The notes below the pieces were generated by a model. It did not search any database, was not told the origin of the DNA, and was given only the letters and a program-made list of their open reading frames with translations. DNA of 64,000 nt, taken from assembly GCA_963823665.1 (NCBI GenBank), contig CAWGMQ010000005.1:1312001-1376000 (forward strand), given 5' to 3'. Of this stretch, positions 21,405 through 30,835 are shown piece after piece (within the stretch, counting starts at the first letter, position 1; every line of letters starts with the position of its first letter). The stretch comes from an uncultured Planctomycetota bacterium. Lineage in GTDB: Bacteria > Planctomycetota > Planctomycetia > Isosphaerales > Isosphaeraceae. The translations under genes and the position numbers were made by a program.

Positions 21405-21930
21405 GCCGTCGAAGCCTACCGAACGAGCCGTCTTCAAGGTCGTGATCAACGGGCCGATCGATGCAGTCTGGCGGGAGATCACGAAAACGGACAGCGTGCA
21501 ACGGGCGATGTTCAACATGCGACTGCACACGCCGGGACTGAAACCAGGGGCGCCGTTCCAGATGCGGTCGAAGGACGGCAAGATCGTCGGCATCGTCGGC
21601 GAAGTCCTGGAATTCGATCCGCCGCGCCGCTACGTCACGACGTTCCGATTTACGCGATTCGACGATCCGCCGTGCAGAATCATCTACGAATTGAAGGAAG
21701 TGCCGGGCGGTACCGAATTCGTGATGACGCTCGAAGATCTGCCTCCGGGCACGGTCACAACGAAACAGATGGTTCAGGGCGGCAATTTGATCATCAAGAC
21801 TCTCAAGTCTCTGGTGGAAACAGGCAAGCTGCCGCTCGGAACGCAAATGCTCTACGCGATGTTTGCGCTGTTGGGCCCGCTCGCACCGAAGAAGACCCGG
21901 GCCGAGAACTGGCCGATGGTGAATTCCTGA
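21397..21930 (+). CDS. SRPBCC/AHSA1 domain protein
   Basis: VVINGPIDAVWREIT, GEVLEFDPPRR, LKSLVETG. Overlaps the arsR stop. Confidence 0.85.
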   Translation: MPEPSKPTERAVFKVVINGPIDAVWREITKTDSVQRAMFNMRLHTPGLKPGAPFQMRSKDGKIVGIVGEVLEFDPPRRYVTTFRFTRFDDPPCRIIYELKEVPGGTEFVMTLEDLPPGTVTTKQMVQGGNLIIKTLKSLVETGKLPLGTQMLYAMFALLGPLAPKKTRAENWPMVNS

Positions 21931-21960
21931 ACTCCCATCTGTTTTCATTGAGGTGATGAT

Positions 21961-22527
21961 ATGGCAAAAGTCATCGACGACGCGGTCAACTCAATGATCG
22001 CGAATTTGAAGGAGAAAACCGGCAAGAGCCTGGACGATTGGCTCAAGATCGCGGCTTCAACGGGCAAGGCAAAGCATGGCGAAGTTCTCGCGGTGCTCAA
22101 GCAAGAACATGGCCTCAGCCATGGGTACGCGAATCTGGTGGCGCAGCGGTTCCTGCAAGCCGCTAACAATGAGCCTGTCTCGGGCGAAGGCCTCGTGTCC
22201 GCACTTTTCGCGGGCCCGAAGGCCGCGCTCAAGCCGTTGTACGACTCGGTGATCGAGGCCGTAAAAGGCTTTGGCGACGACGTGGAGATCGATCCCAAGA
22301 AGTCGTACGTTAGCCTGCGCCGGAACAAGCAATTTGCCCTGGTCGTACCTTCGACAGCCAAGCGGCTCGATCTGGGCCTGAATCTCAAAGGAGTCGAGCC
22401 GGCAGGCAGGCTCGAAGCTTCCGGCAGTTTCAACGCGATGTGCTCCCATCGCGTTCGGCTGGAATCGAAGAGCGACTTCGATGCCGATGTGAAAAAGTGG
22501 CTGAAGCGAGCATATGAATCGTCTTGA
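21961..22527 (+). CDS. DUF4287 + DUF5655 domain protein
   Basis: NLKEKTGKSLDDW, LKQEHGLSHGYAN, PKKSYVSLRR, WLKRAYE. gaggtg RBS upstream. Confidence 0.78.
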   Translation: MAKVIDDAVNSMIANLKEKTGKSLDDWLKIAASTGKAKHGEVLAVLKQEHGLSHGYANLVAQRFLQAANNEPVSGEGLVSALFAGPKAALKPLYDSVIEAVKGFGDDVEIDPKKSYVSLRRNKQFALVVPSTAKRLDLGLNLKGVEPAGRLEASGSFNAMCSHRVRLESKSDFDADVKKWLKRAYESS

Positions 22528-22614
22528 CGCTTTCAGCCGTCGCGAACTGACCTAGGCGGTGCGCCCGGATCATCGTGAACGAACGGAGAATTCAGGAAGA
22601 ACGAAGAGCCTGTC

Positions 22615-23452
22615 ATGCTCTGGGTTCGAGGCGAACTTGTTTCCGATGATGCGCTCACGGTCAGCGCTCTGGATCGCACGTTCGAGCACGGCCTTGGATT
22701 ATTCGAGACGCTGCGCACCTGGAATGGCCACGCGACATTGCTCGACCGGCATCTCGAGCGAATGCAACGATCGGCACAAGAGCTTGGACTGCCGCTCGAG
22801 CATTCGCAGTTGCCAGACGCCCGAGCCGTCGCCGAGCTGGTTGCGGCAAGCCGCGATTTTGTGCCGGCGGAATCGGACGCTCGCTTGCGCATCACGCTCA
22901 CGGGCGGGCTCACATCGGCGCCTCCATCGGGCTCGGTACTCTGGATGTCAGCCGCCCCCCTGCCCCCCTCGATTGCCGCCGGCGGCGCGATCATCACGCG
23001 CTCGATTGAAGTTTCGAGGAGCGATCCTCTGGCGCGGTACAAGACGCTCAATTACTGGAGCAAACGCATCGCACACGAGCGCGCAGCAGGCCGGAGACGA
23101 CGACGTGTTGTGTTTGACTTCTGATCGGATCATTTGCGAAACATCACGCTCGAACATTTTCCTGGTCAAAGGCGAGCGATTGGAAACGCCCGCATTGGCG
23201 GGCCCGCTGCTGCGGGGCATCATGCGGGGGCTCGTGATCGAGAGAGCACGGATTCTTGGCTTGGAGGTGGTGGAGGAATTGCTGCCAGTTGAACGCATCG
23301 AAGCGGCCGATGAGGCTTTCTTGACCAACTCGGTGCGAGGTGTTGTACCAGTTGAGCGATTGATGGAGTTCGGGTTTTCAGCGCCGGGGCCGATTACTCA
23401 ATGGCTCTGGAAAGACATTCGAGGATGGCTTGAGTCAAGGGGGGCTGGTTGA
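22615..23452 (+). CDS. Aminotransferase class IV (4-amino-4-deoxychorismate lyase, PabC-like); frameshift near 23080
   Basis: DRTFEHGLGLFET, HLERM and YKTLNY in ORF 22615..23124; ETSRSNIF, LRGIMR and EAFLTNSVRG in ORF 22559..23452. Confidence 0.85.
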
Positions 23453-23689
23453 GGATCGAGGGTCCGTTCCATCCCCAAAACATTGGAGGGTGGCCTCGGC
23501 CCATGCCAGGGCCTCCGCTTCGCGAGGGTGTTCTCGCGCCATTCCTCGATAGGCAAAAAGCAGGCGCATTTCGGGTATATGAGATCGGACCATCGACTCG
23601 ATCCATCGGCTAAGCGCACAGCGCCCAATGACTCGACATAATCTCTCGTAGATATCCCGACCGAGCGTGATCGTTAGTTTTTTGCGCAT
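23435..23689 (-). CDS. Orphan addiction-module antitoxin (ribbon-helix-helix-like), possibly decaying
   Basis: MRKKLTITL...IYE.L..VIGR..LSRWIE...AY..MA...REAEALAWAEAT resembles antitoxins usually paired with PemK/MazF toxins. No toxin follows. Confidence 0.6.
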   Translation of the reverse strand: MRKKLTITLGRDIYERLCRVIGRCALSRWIESMVRSHIPEMRLLFAYRGMAREHPREAEALAWAEATLQCFGDGTDPRSSTSPP

Positions 23690-23717
23690 GGGACACCGAA
23701 AGTGCTGCGTGTGCGGC

Positions 23718-23746
23718 ATTCTACTTATTGCAAGTCAAGCGGACAA
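23718..23746 (-). promoter_or_regulatory. Sigma70-type promoter for the orphan antitoxin
   Basis: Minus strand reads TTGTCC-N17-TAGAAT. Confidence 0.6.
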
Positions 23747-23822
23747 TTCCCGCTTGCCTCCTGGTTACGCTGGCGCGATCATCATGGAGATGAAAAGCTC
23801 GAGCGTGACTTCGACCGTCGAG

Positions 23823-23874
23823 GACGCCGCAGAGCGGCAGGGAGGACGCTCCCACGCGGGAGCGTGGGAACGAG
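23823..23874. repeat. Solitary REP-like hairpin related to the MITE core
   Basis: gccgcagagcgg...tcccacgc-ggga-gcgtgggaacgag has the same layout as the 30066-30480 unit. Confidence 0.75.
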
Positions 23875-23912
23875 GAAGTCGTTCGGGGATGGTTTGAATC
23901 AGGGGGATGTGC

Positions 23913-25068
23913 ATGACCACCGTCGCCGAGGTCACCGGCTGGCTCGAGCAATTTGCGCCGGCTAAGCTTGCTGAGCCATGGGACAACGTGGGCCTGATCT
24001 GGGGCGATCCAGCGGCCGCGGTCGAGCGGATCATGACTTGCCTGACCGTCACGCCGGCCACGGCCGATGAGGCGATTGACGACCGGGCCGAGCTCATTGT
24101 CAGCCATCACCCGATCTTGTTCCGGGAGGTGAAAAAGATCCGCGCCGACTGGCCCGAGACGGGGTATCTCTGGAAGCTCGCGCGCTCGGGGATCGCGGTC
24201 GCCAGCCCGCACACGGCGTTTGACAACACCCGCGAAGGAATCAACGACTTGCTCTGCGCGGCTCGGGTTGCTCGATGTGGGATCACTGCGGCCGGCGCCG
24301 GGTGCGCGTGATCGGACAGCGGCCGCGCCACCGCGGTCGTTCAAGGTTGTCGTGTTCACGCCGGAAGCCGAGCGCGAGGCGGTCTTTTCCGCCGCGTTCC
24401 AGGCTGGGGCCGGCCGCATCGGCGCATACGAGGAATGCTCGTTCGCGATTCCCGGTGAAGGCACCTTCTTCGGAACGGAAACGGCCAATCCCTCTATCGG
24501 CAAGCGCGGGCAGCGAGAGACCGTGCGCGAGCTGAGGCTCGAATTTGTCTGCCCGTCGCTCAAGCTGGCCGGCGTGCTCGCGGCGGTTCGCGCCAGCCAT
24601 TCCTACGAGGAACCCGCGATCGACGTGTATCCTCTGCACGAACCGGACGCGGCGGGCGATGCGACTCCCGGCGCGGGGCGGATCGGACGGCTCGCCAGCC
24701 CGCGATCGCTCGCCGAGCTGGCGCGCGAGGTGAGGCATGCGCTGGGAGCGCCGGTCGTCGGCACCGCGGGCGACCCCGATCGGCGAGTGGAACGTGTGGC
24801 GATCGCCTGTGGCGCCGGCGACGACTTCCTCCAGGAGGCAGTGCGCGCCGGCGCCGATGTGCTGCTCACGGGCGAGGCGCGGTTCCACCGAGGCATCGAG
24901 GCCGAGACTCTGGGAATCGGCCTCATCATCGCCGGTCACTACGCCACCGAGCGACCCGGGGTCGAATTCCTCGCTGCGCGAATCGGCCGGGCGTTTCCAC
25001 ACCTTCAGGTTTGGCCCAGCCGCCGCGAGCGCGACGCGTTCTGGGTCGTCGGCGCAGGTGAGACGTAA
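23913..25068 (+). CDS. Nif3-like dinuclear metal-centre protein with PII-like insert; frameshift near 24258
   Basis: AEPWDNVGL, IVSHHP and HTAFD, followed by GAGRIGAYEECSF, HSYEEPAID, AGHYATE. Confidence 0.9.
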
Positions 25069-25080
25069 GCCGGGAAAAAG

Positions 25081-25105
25081 AAACCCGGGGACGGCCCCGG
25101 GGGTT
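25081..25105 (-). terminator. Intrinsic terminator between convergent genes
   Basis: cccgggg-acgg-ccccggg stem followed on the minus strand by tttcttttt. Confidence 0.7.
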
Positions 25106-25170
25106 AATCTGTTTTCAACCTGTTCTCGGCACCAGCTCGCAAAGAGTCGCCGGCAAACCGTGAGAACCCG

Positions 25171-25569
25171 TCACTTCTTCTTTTTTCCGGGGGCCGCTGA
25201 GTCGTCGGCCTCCATGTCTTCTTCCTCTTCGGGTTCGGCCGCCGCTTCAGGTTCCGCGTCCGGGTCGGCTTCGGCTTCCGCTTCCGCTTCGACCCCTTCA
25301 ATTGCCCCGGGCTTGCCCCCCCGCGCAGTTGGCACAGCCAGGTACTGCTGGTGCTCCCACTGACCGGACCAGAACTGGCCCGCCCAGCGCTGCAACGAGA
25401 TCGCGCGCACCGTCGGGCGATCCTCATCGCGAATCACTTCACCCCAAGCCCCAGTATAAGCGGCACGCACCTGCGACGAACTTTCACCAACACAGAGCAA
25501 CCGCTCGCCGCTCGGCGACAAGCAAGCCACTGCTCTCCAATCTTGAGCGCCAATCGTTCCACTGCTCAT
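25171..25569 (-). CDS. Hypothetical protein with acidic C-terminal tail
   Basis: 132 aa; globular N-terminal half, EAEAEAEAD...EEEED tail, followed by a terminator. Confidence 0.65.
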   Translation of the reverse strand: MSSGTIGAQDWRAVACLSPSGERLLCVGESSSQVRAAYTGAWGEVIRDEDRPTVRAISLQRWAGQFWSGQWEHQQYLAVPTARGGKPGAIEGVEAEAEAEADPDAEPEAAAEPEEEEDMEADDSAAPGKKKK

Positions 25570-25778
25570 CTTCAGTTCACTCCCGGCCGGCGAGTCAAAA
25601 AGGTGGGCGGATTCCGTTCCTTTACAACATCTAATCTTAACGAGGTCAAGGTAGCACGGCGAATCATTTCTGAAAAAACCCGGCGGTAAATGGGCAGACC
25701 TGCCCGGTTGTGGCGAGTGATTACCTTCATTTGCGATGTTAATATGGGTCGATCACGTTGTTTGGATAAATTACCTTG

Positions 25779-26768
25779 TCAATTCAGTCGCACGAGGGTT
25801 TTTCCCTGGCGGGCGATTGTGGCGGCCTCTCGGGCTGCGGCCTGGATGTCGCGGAGGGGGAAGATCCGGCCGATCTCGGAATGGAGGATGCCTTGCCGGT
25901 TGAGCGAGGCGATTTCGCGGAACAGAAGAAGGAGTGAGGGGATCGATCGCTGTCGCATCCAGTGTCCGAGCCAGAAGCCCTCGACCGTCCGCGGCCCGGA
26001 GATCACGAGCCGTGGATCAACGGCCATCGGTTCTCCGGACAGGGTTCCATAGAGGATGAGTCGCCCGTTTTCTCCGAGCGAGCGAAAAACTTCGGTCGCG
26101 GTTTGTCCGCCGACGGGGTCAATGGCGTAGCGCACGCCTTTGCCGCCGGTGATCCGCAGGACTTGCTCGTCGATCGGGCCGTCTGCCGACGAGATGACCG
26201 CATCGCCGCCCAGCTTCTTGAGCTCGTCTGTGGCGTCGCGGCGGCGGACGACGTTGAGCGTTTTGAATCCGTCGTGCTTGCCCAGATTGATGACCATCCG
26301 ACCGAGGTTCGAACCGGCCGCGGACTGCAATAGCCATTCTCCCTTGGGCACGGCCAGGACGTGCCGCACGATCGCGAGCACGGTGGCCGGGTTGACGAGG
26401 AAAGTTGCGACCTGCTCGTCGGGGATGTCGCTTGGAACGGGCCGAGCCTGGCGGGCGGGAATGATGGCGTATTCGGCCCAGTTCCCGCCCTGGGAATTGA
26501 TGGCCAGGACGCGTTTCCCCTTGACGTATCGGCCCAGCAGCCCGGGCCCGACTTCATCCACCACGCCGACTCCTTCGAATCCCGGCGTCGCCGGCAACGT
26601 GGGCAAGACCCCATACCGGCCTTCCACGACCATCATGTCCGAGGGATTCATCGGACTGAGGATCATCCGCACACGGACTTCGCCGGGGCCGGGATGCGGG
26701 TCCGGAACGTTGCGGACTTCCAAAACCTGCGACGGGTCGCCGAATTTGTCGAAGACAGCGGCTTTCAT
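25779..26768 (-). CDS. Medium-chain dehydrogenase/reductase (enoyl-thioester/quinone reductase-like)
   Basis: PMNPSD, TPGFEGVG, VNPATV, QSAAGSNLG, IDPVGG. Confidence 0.88.
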   Translation of the reverse strand: MKAAVFDKFGDPSQVLEVRNVPDPHPGPGEVRVRMILSPMNPSDMMVVEGRYGVLPTLPATPGFEGVGVVDEVGPGLLGRYVKGKRVLAINSQGGNWAEYAIIPARQARPVPSDIPDEQVATFLVNPATVLAIVRHVLAVPKGEWLLQSAAGSNLGRMVINLGKHDGFKTLNVVRRRDATDELKKLGGDAVISSADGPIDEQVLRITGGKGVRYAIDPVGGQTATEVFRSLGENGRLILYGTLSGEPMAVDPRLVISGPRTVEGFWLGHWMRQRSIPSLLLLFREIASLNRQGILHSEIGRIFPLRDIQAAAREAATIARQGKTLVRLN

Positions 26769-26894
26769 TTCAGCCCCATTTCACCGGGTGGGTCGTGACC
26801 GGGCGCTGGCGCGTCAAGGAACTGGAGATCGGCCGGTCGAGTCGCTAATCTTAACGAACGCGTTTTGTCTCCGATACCACCTGAGAACCGAACG

Positions 26895-27763
26895 ATGGCT
26901 ACGGACTTCCTGGTCTCGACCGACTGGCTGGCCGAGCACCTGCGCGACCCGAACGTCCGCGTGGCCGACATCCGGGGATTCGTGACGACCAGGCCGGTGG
27001 CGGCGGGCGTTGAGCAGGCGACTTATCGAGGGGCGCAGAGGAATACCTGGCGTCGCACATTCCCAGGGCGGTGTTCATCGACTGGACGACCGACGTCACG
27101 GACCCAGATGATTCGGTGCCGGCTCAGATCGCGCCGCCGGCGAGGTTTGCCGAGGCGATGGCCGTGCGCGGGATTGATGACACCACGACGGTGATCGCCG
27201 TGGACCACGCGGGCGGACAGTTCGCGACGCGGCTCTGGTGGGCGTTGCGCTATTATGGTCATGACAATGTCGCGGTCTTAGACGGCGGCTGGAATCGCTG
27301 GGTCGATGAAGGGCGCGAAGTCGAGGCTGGGGAGGTGTCGAACGCTCGTGCGGCATTCACGCCTCGAGTCCGTCCGGGGCTGCGCAAGACGGCTGACGAG
27401 GTTCTGGCGCTTTTGAAAGATCCCGATCGAGGCACGGTGATCGTGGATGCTCGCGATCCGGGGCAGTATTCCGGGGCGCGCCGGCGAGGAGCGCGGGGCG
27501 GGCATATTCCAGGTGCGATCAATGTTCCGCGTGAGCTGTTTTTTGCGCCTGGGGGTGGGTTCCTGCCGCTCGAGGAGATTCGCCGGCGGGTTGAGGAGCA
27601 TGGTTTGACATCGGGCGGGAAGACGGTGGCGTATTGCAACGGCGGAGTCGCGGCCACGGTGGTGCTTTTCAACTTGGCCCGGCTGGGGTTTCACGACCTG
27701 GCGAATTACGACGGGTCTTGGAACGAGTGGGGGGAGCGGCTGGATTTGCCGGTTGAGGCGTGA
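26895..27763 (+). CDS. Tandem-domain rhodanese / sulfurtransferase; frameshift near 27038
   Basis: LVSTDWLAEHL, HIPRAVFIDW, VLDGGW, GGHIPGA, YCNGGV active site, YDGSWNEW. Confidence 0.9.
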
Positions 27764-27793
27764 AGCGCCACACGGGATCGCCAAATTGGGGAG

Positions 27794-28252
27794 ATGATGA
27801 ACGGCGCCGCATTGCCTACATTGACAGATGAGGGGAATCTTCCGCCTGGCGTGCATCAGGCGACACTGTCGGAAGTTCTCGAACGATTCGGCAAAGGGTC
27901 ACTCCAGCGTTGTGCGGTTGCCGATCGGCTGAGCCGCATTTACGAACTGGCGTCATCGACAGGGCAGTTGGCCCGTTTCGTCGTTTTTGGGTCGTTCGTC
28001 ACCGTGGGGGCCGAACCAAACGACGTTGACATCGTCCTGCTGATGGAGGATACCTTCGACCTGGATTCTATTGCCGATGAGGCTGCTTTGTTGTTTCAGC
28101 ACATGGAAGCGGATGCTTATTTTGGGGCGAGCGTGTTCTGGACCAAGCGTTCTGGGGCTCTTGGTGGCGAGCAGGCCATGATAGAATATTGGCAGACCCG
28201 GCGCGACGGCGGCCTACGGGGCATTGTCGAGATTGTGGGAGAAGAATCATGA
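27794..28252 (+). CDS. DUF6932-like minimal nucleotidyltransferase
   Basis: GNLPPGVH, VFGSFVT..PNDVD (GS...DxD motif), RGIVEI. Confidence 0.75.
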   Translation: MMNGAALPTLTDEGNLPPGVHQATLSEVLERFGKGSLQRCAVADRLSRIYELASSTGQLARFVVFGSFVTVGAEPNDVDIVLLMEDTFDLDSIADEAALLFQHMEADAYFGASVFWTKRSGALGGEQAMIEYWQTRRDGGLRGIVEIVGEES

Positions 28253-28500
28253 TTGCGAATGAGCAGCAACTCCAAACGACTTTGGATCGCATCACGCGGT
28301 TCCAACAACAGCTAGCCCATCTCCGTAAGACCGAGGCGAACCCTGTCAACTACCGCGCCGCGGCATCGGGATTTCTAGCTGACGTCGACCGCATGCAACT
28401 TGAAGTGCGAGAGTACTTCAGTCACCTTCCAACCGAGACCGTGCGAGTCTCCGAAGCGGGCGCTACGGCAGACGGCGGCCGCGTTGTTGGCGTGGTGTAA
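28249..28500 (+). CDS. Small helical partner of the nucleotidyltransferase (putative TA partner)
   Basis: ATGA overlap with the upstream stop; MIANEQQLQTTLDRI...MQLEVREYF. Confidence 0.65.
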   Translation: MIANEQQLQTTLDRITRFQQQLAHLRKTEANPVNYRAAASGFLADVDRMQLEVREYFSHLPTETVRVSEAGATADGGRVVGVV

Positions 28501-28562
28501 CTTCACAACGTTCGGCGCGACCGCCGCGACCGGGGAACCATGGACGTGCGGGAGATCGAGCA

Positions 28563-29813
28563 ATGATTGCTCACGATCGCAAAAAGGCATGTACGACGGC
28601 TCTCTTCGTCATTTTTTTGCTTTTTGTGATCAACCAATCGGGATTCGGTGTAGATAAAGTGCTCGAGCTGAGGAGCCGGGAGTGGGCGGAAAAAGCAAAC
28701 TTCCCTCCATACCCGAGCGCCATTCTTACCATCGCGTGCTCGTCCGACGGAAGCAGGGTTGCGATCGGCACTCGACCGCTGGAGCGACTCGATAATGAAA
28801 GTATCTATGATTTTGTCGGGCCGTTATGGGGAAAGGTCGTTACCTTGGCACGGACCGGCGGAGGTCATTTCTCGCTGCTGAAGAGCCTTCCATGTTCTGC
28901 GCAGTTGAACGACGAAGACTGCGGAGGAAATCCAACGGATCTGTTTCTTCTCGGAAGGAATGATCTCGTTGCGGTCTTGGATCGCGGTGGACTCGAGCCC
29001 AGGTCTGTTGTCGAATTTCGAAAAGCGGACTCCGGTCAATTGATTCGAAGGTTGCTTCCACCAGGGGATTTTGAGTCAGGTGTTTGCTTTTCGGCGGAGA
29101 GCCGGTTGATTGCGTGGGGATGCCGCGGGGGTCGCGTGCGGGTTTGCTCGTTTCCCGGGAGTGAGGAAATTCGGGTCTTCACGAGCGAGACCGGGCACTC
29201 GGAGCGGATCGATTTTAGTGCCGATGGAAAGGGACTCGCGATTCAAACGTCAGGCTACTCGGATGCGCATGGCCTCTACAGACTGCACAACATCGATAGA
29301 GCCTTGGTGACCACGACACTCGCCGGTGGATCATCGAGTCGAACCTCGATTCGGGCATTCTCGCCTGACGGTAAGTCGTTCGCAAACGTTGACGTTTCGC
29401 GGAATGTCGATTTATGGGACTTGGGTACAACCAAGAGGCGCGAGATGACTTCGATGAAGAATCAACTGCGTTTCTGCCTGATCTTCTCACCAGATGGCAA
29501 ATTGCTGATCTGCGGAGGAGCCGTTCACCAGCCGGATGCGGTTTCTCCGGTTCGGAAGGCGTTTGGTCTGAGTGCTCCAAGCCGGCGATCGCCTGGGAAA
29601 TACTTGGCGGAAATCGAAGTGTGGGATGTTCAGACCGGCAAGTTGATCGACGAGATCAGGGATTCGCGCCTGGGGGCGGTCAGTTCCTTTGCGTTTCTCA
29701 ATGACCGCAAGACGCTCATTGCCGGGGACCTCGACGGGAATGTTTGGTTCCTTGACTATCGGCAGAGCGCGAAAGCGTTCGCGCCGGCGAGCAAGGGAAA
29801 AACGTCGGGCTAA
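28563..29813 (+). CDS. WD40-repeat protein with N-terminal signal/TM segment
   Basis: Repeated FS(P/A)DGK, VDLWD, IEVWDVQTGK, GDLDGNVWF. Confidence 0.8.
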   Translation: MIAHDRKKACTTALFVIFLLFVINQSGFGVDKVLELRSREWAEKANFPPYPSAILTIACSSDGSRVAIGTRPLERLDNESIYDFVGPLWGKVVTLARTGGGHFSLLKSLPCSAQLNDEDCGGNPTDLFLLGRNDLVAVLDRGGLEPRSVVEFRKADSGQLIRRLLPPGDFESGVCFSAESRLIAWGCRGGRVRVCSFPGSEEIRVFTSETGHSERIDFSADGKGLAIQTSGYSDAHGLYRLHNIDRALVTTTLAGGSSSRTSIRAFSPDGKSFANVDVSRNVDLWDLGTTKRREMTSMKNQLRFCLIFSPDGKLLICGGAVHQPDAVSPVRKAFGLSAPSRRSPGKYLAEIEVWDVQTGKLIDEIRDSRLGAVSSFAFLNDRKTLIAGDLDGNVWFLDYRQSAKAFAPASKGKTSG

Positions 29814-29820
29814 AGAAACC

Positions 29821-29880
29821 ACGACTGGGCGTGGAACGAGTGGGGTGAGCGACTGGATGGATTTGCGGGTTGAGCCGTGA
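29821..29880 (+). repeat. Degenerate copy of the rhodanese 3' end (27708-27763)
   Basis: tggaacgagtggggtgagcgactggatggatttgcgggttgagccgtga versus tggaacgagtggggggagcggctggatttgccggttgaggcgtga. Confidence 0.85.
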
Positions 29881-30027
29881 GGGCCCGCCGGAGCGCCGGA
29901 AATATGGGCCTGTGCGACCAGCGCCTCCCGAAGCACGGGATTGGTGCCCGGCGCGGAAGCAAGTCGAAGGGTATCGGAGTTCACGAGCGCGGCGATGCGC
30001 AGTGCCAGACCGAGGTTGATCCACTGA

Positions 30028-30525
30028 GGAACGGGTCGGAAACTACTTCCGCCGATTCGCGTTATGCGCACCGCGGAGCGGGAGAACGTTCCGACGCAGA
30101 GCGTCGGAACGAGGGCTTTCCTTCGATGCGCGTCAAGCGCGCCGCGGAGCGGGAGAACGTTCCGACGCAGAGCGTCGGAACGAGGGCTTTCCTTCGATGC
30201 GCGTCAAGCGCGCCGCGGAGCGGGAGAACGTTCCGACGCAGAGCGTCGGAACGAGGGCTTTCCTTCGATGCGCGTCAAGCGCGCCGCGGAGCGGGAGAAC
30301 GTTCCGACGCAGAGCGTCGGAACGAGGGCTTTCCTTCGATGCGCGTCAAGCGCGCCGTGGAGCGGGAGAACGTTCCGACGCAGAGCGTCGGAACGAGGGC
30401 TTTCCTTCGATGCGCGTCAAGCGCACCGCGGAGCGGGAGAACGTTCCGACGCAGAGCGTCGGAACGAGGGCTTTCCTTCGTGGTGGGGTGATGCCGAAAT
30501 CGGGAAGTTAATGCCGGCCTCTTCC
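30028..30525. mobile_element. MITE copy 1 (498 bp) with amplified internal hairpin unit
   Basis: Imperfect TIRs ggaacgggtcggaaactacttcc / ggaagttaatgccggcctcttcc; tga duplicated at 30025-30027 and 30526-30528. Confidence 0.8.
30066..30480. repeat. Tandem array of a 71-bp unit (5 full + 1 partial) with an 11-bp hairpin
   Basis: Units start at 30066, 30137, 30208, 30279, 30350, 30421. Core cgttccgacgc-aga-gcgtcggaacg. No spacers. Confidence 0.97.
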
Positions 30526-30597
30526 TGAGTTCTCTTGTAGAGCCCGGCGACTCTATTTATCGACGTGGCAGAACGGCTTCCAGAGCAGATCTGCGCG

Positions 30598-30620
30598 GTG
30601 GGTCAGGCTTTTAGTCTGTC
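30598..30620 (+). repeat. Degenerate GTAG-type REP; inverted partner at 34941-34962
   Basis: gtgggtcaggcttttagtctgtc versus the reverse complement of 34941-34962, gtaggttaggcttcagcctgac. Confidence 0.5.
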
Positions 30621-30835
30621 ATCCCAAGTGCCTCAATGCGGCAGGCTGAAAGCTTGACTTACAACCCGACCGTCGACCGCGAAAAAACTTCTGCCGGTTT
30701 TTCGCCCCGATTGCAACTCGGATAACAGGCGACGCTCTTCCTCGACCCGGGTCGGCGTTCCGCACTGAAGGCATCGCCCCATTCTGTCGGAACCGAAACT
30801 GCTTCATCTCAGTAACTTAGGGAAGAGCCGGACAA

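Noticed and set aside
30066..30480. CRISPR array
   Set aside because: The 71-bp units are contiguous and near-identical, with no unique spacers, and no cas genes are present.
29877..30528. Repetitive ORFs across the 71-bp array
   Set aside because: All three frames give the same rotating peptides, which is a by-product of the repeat.
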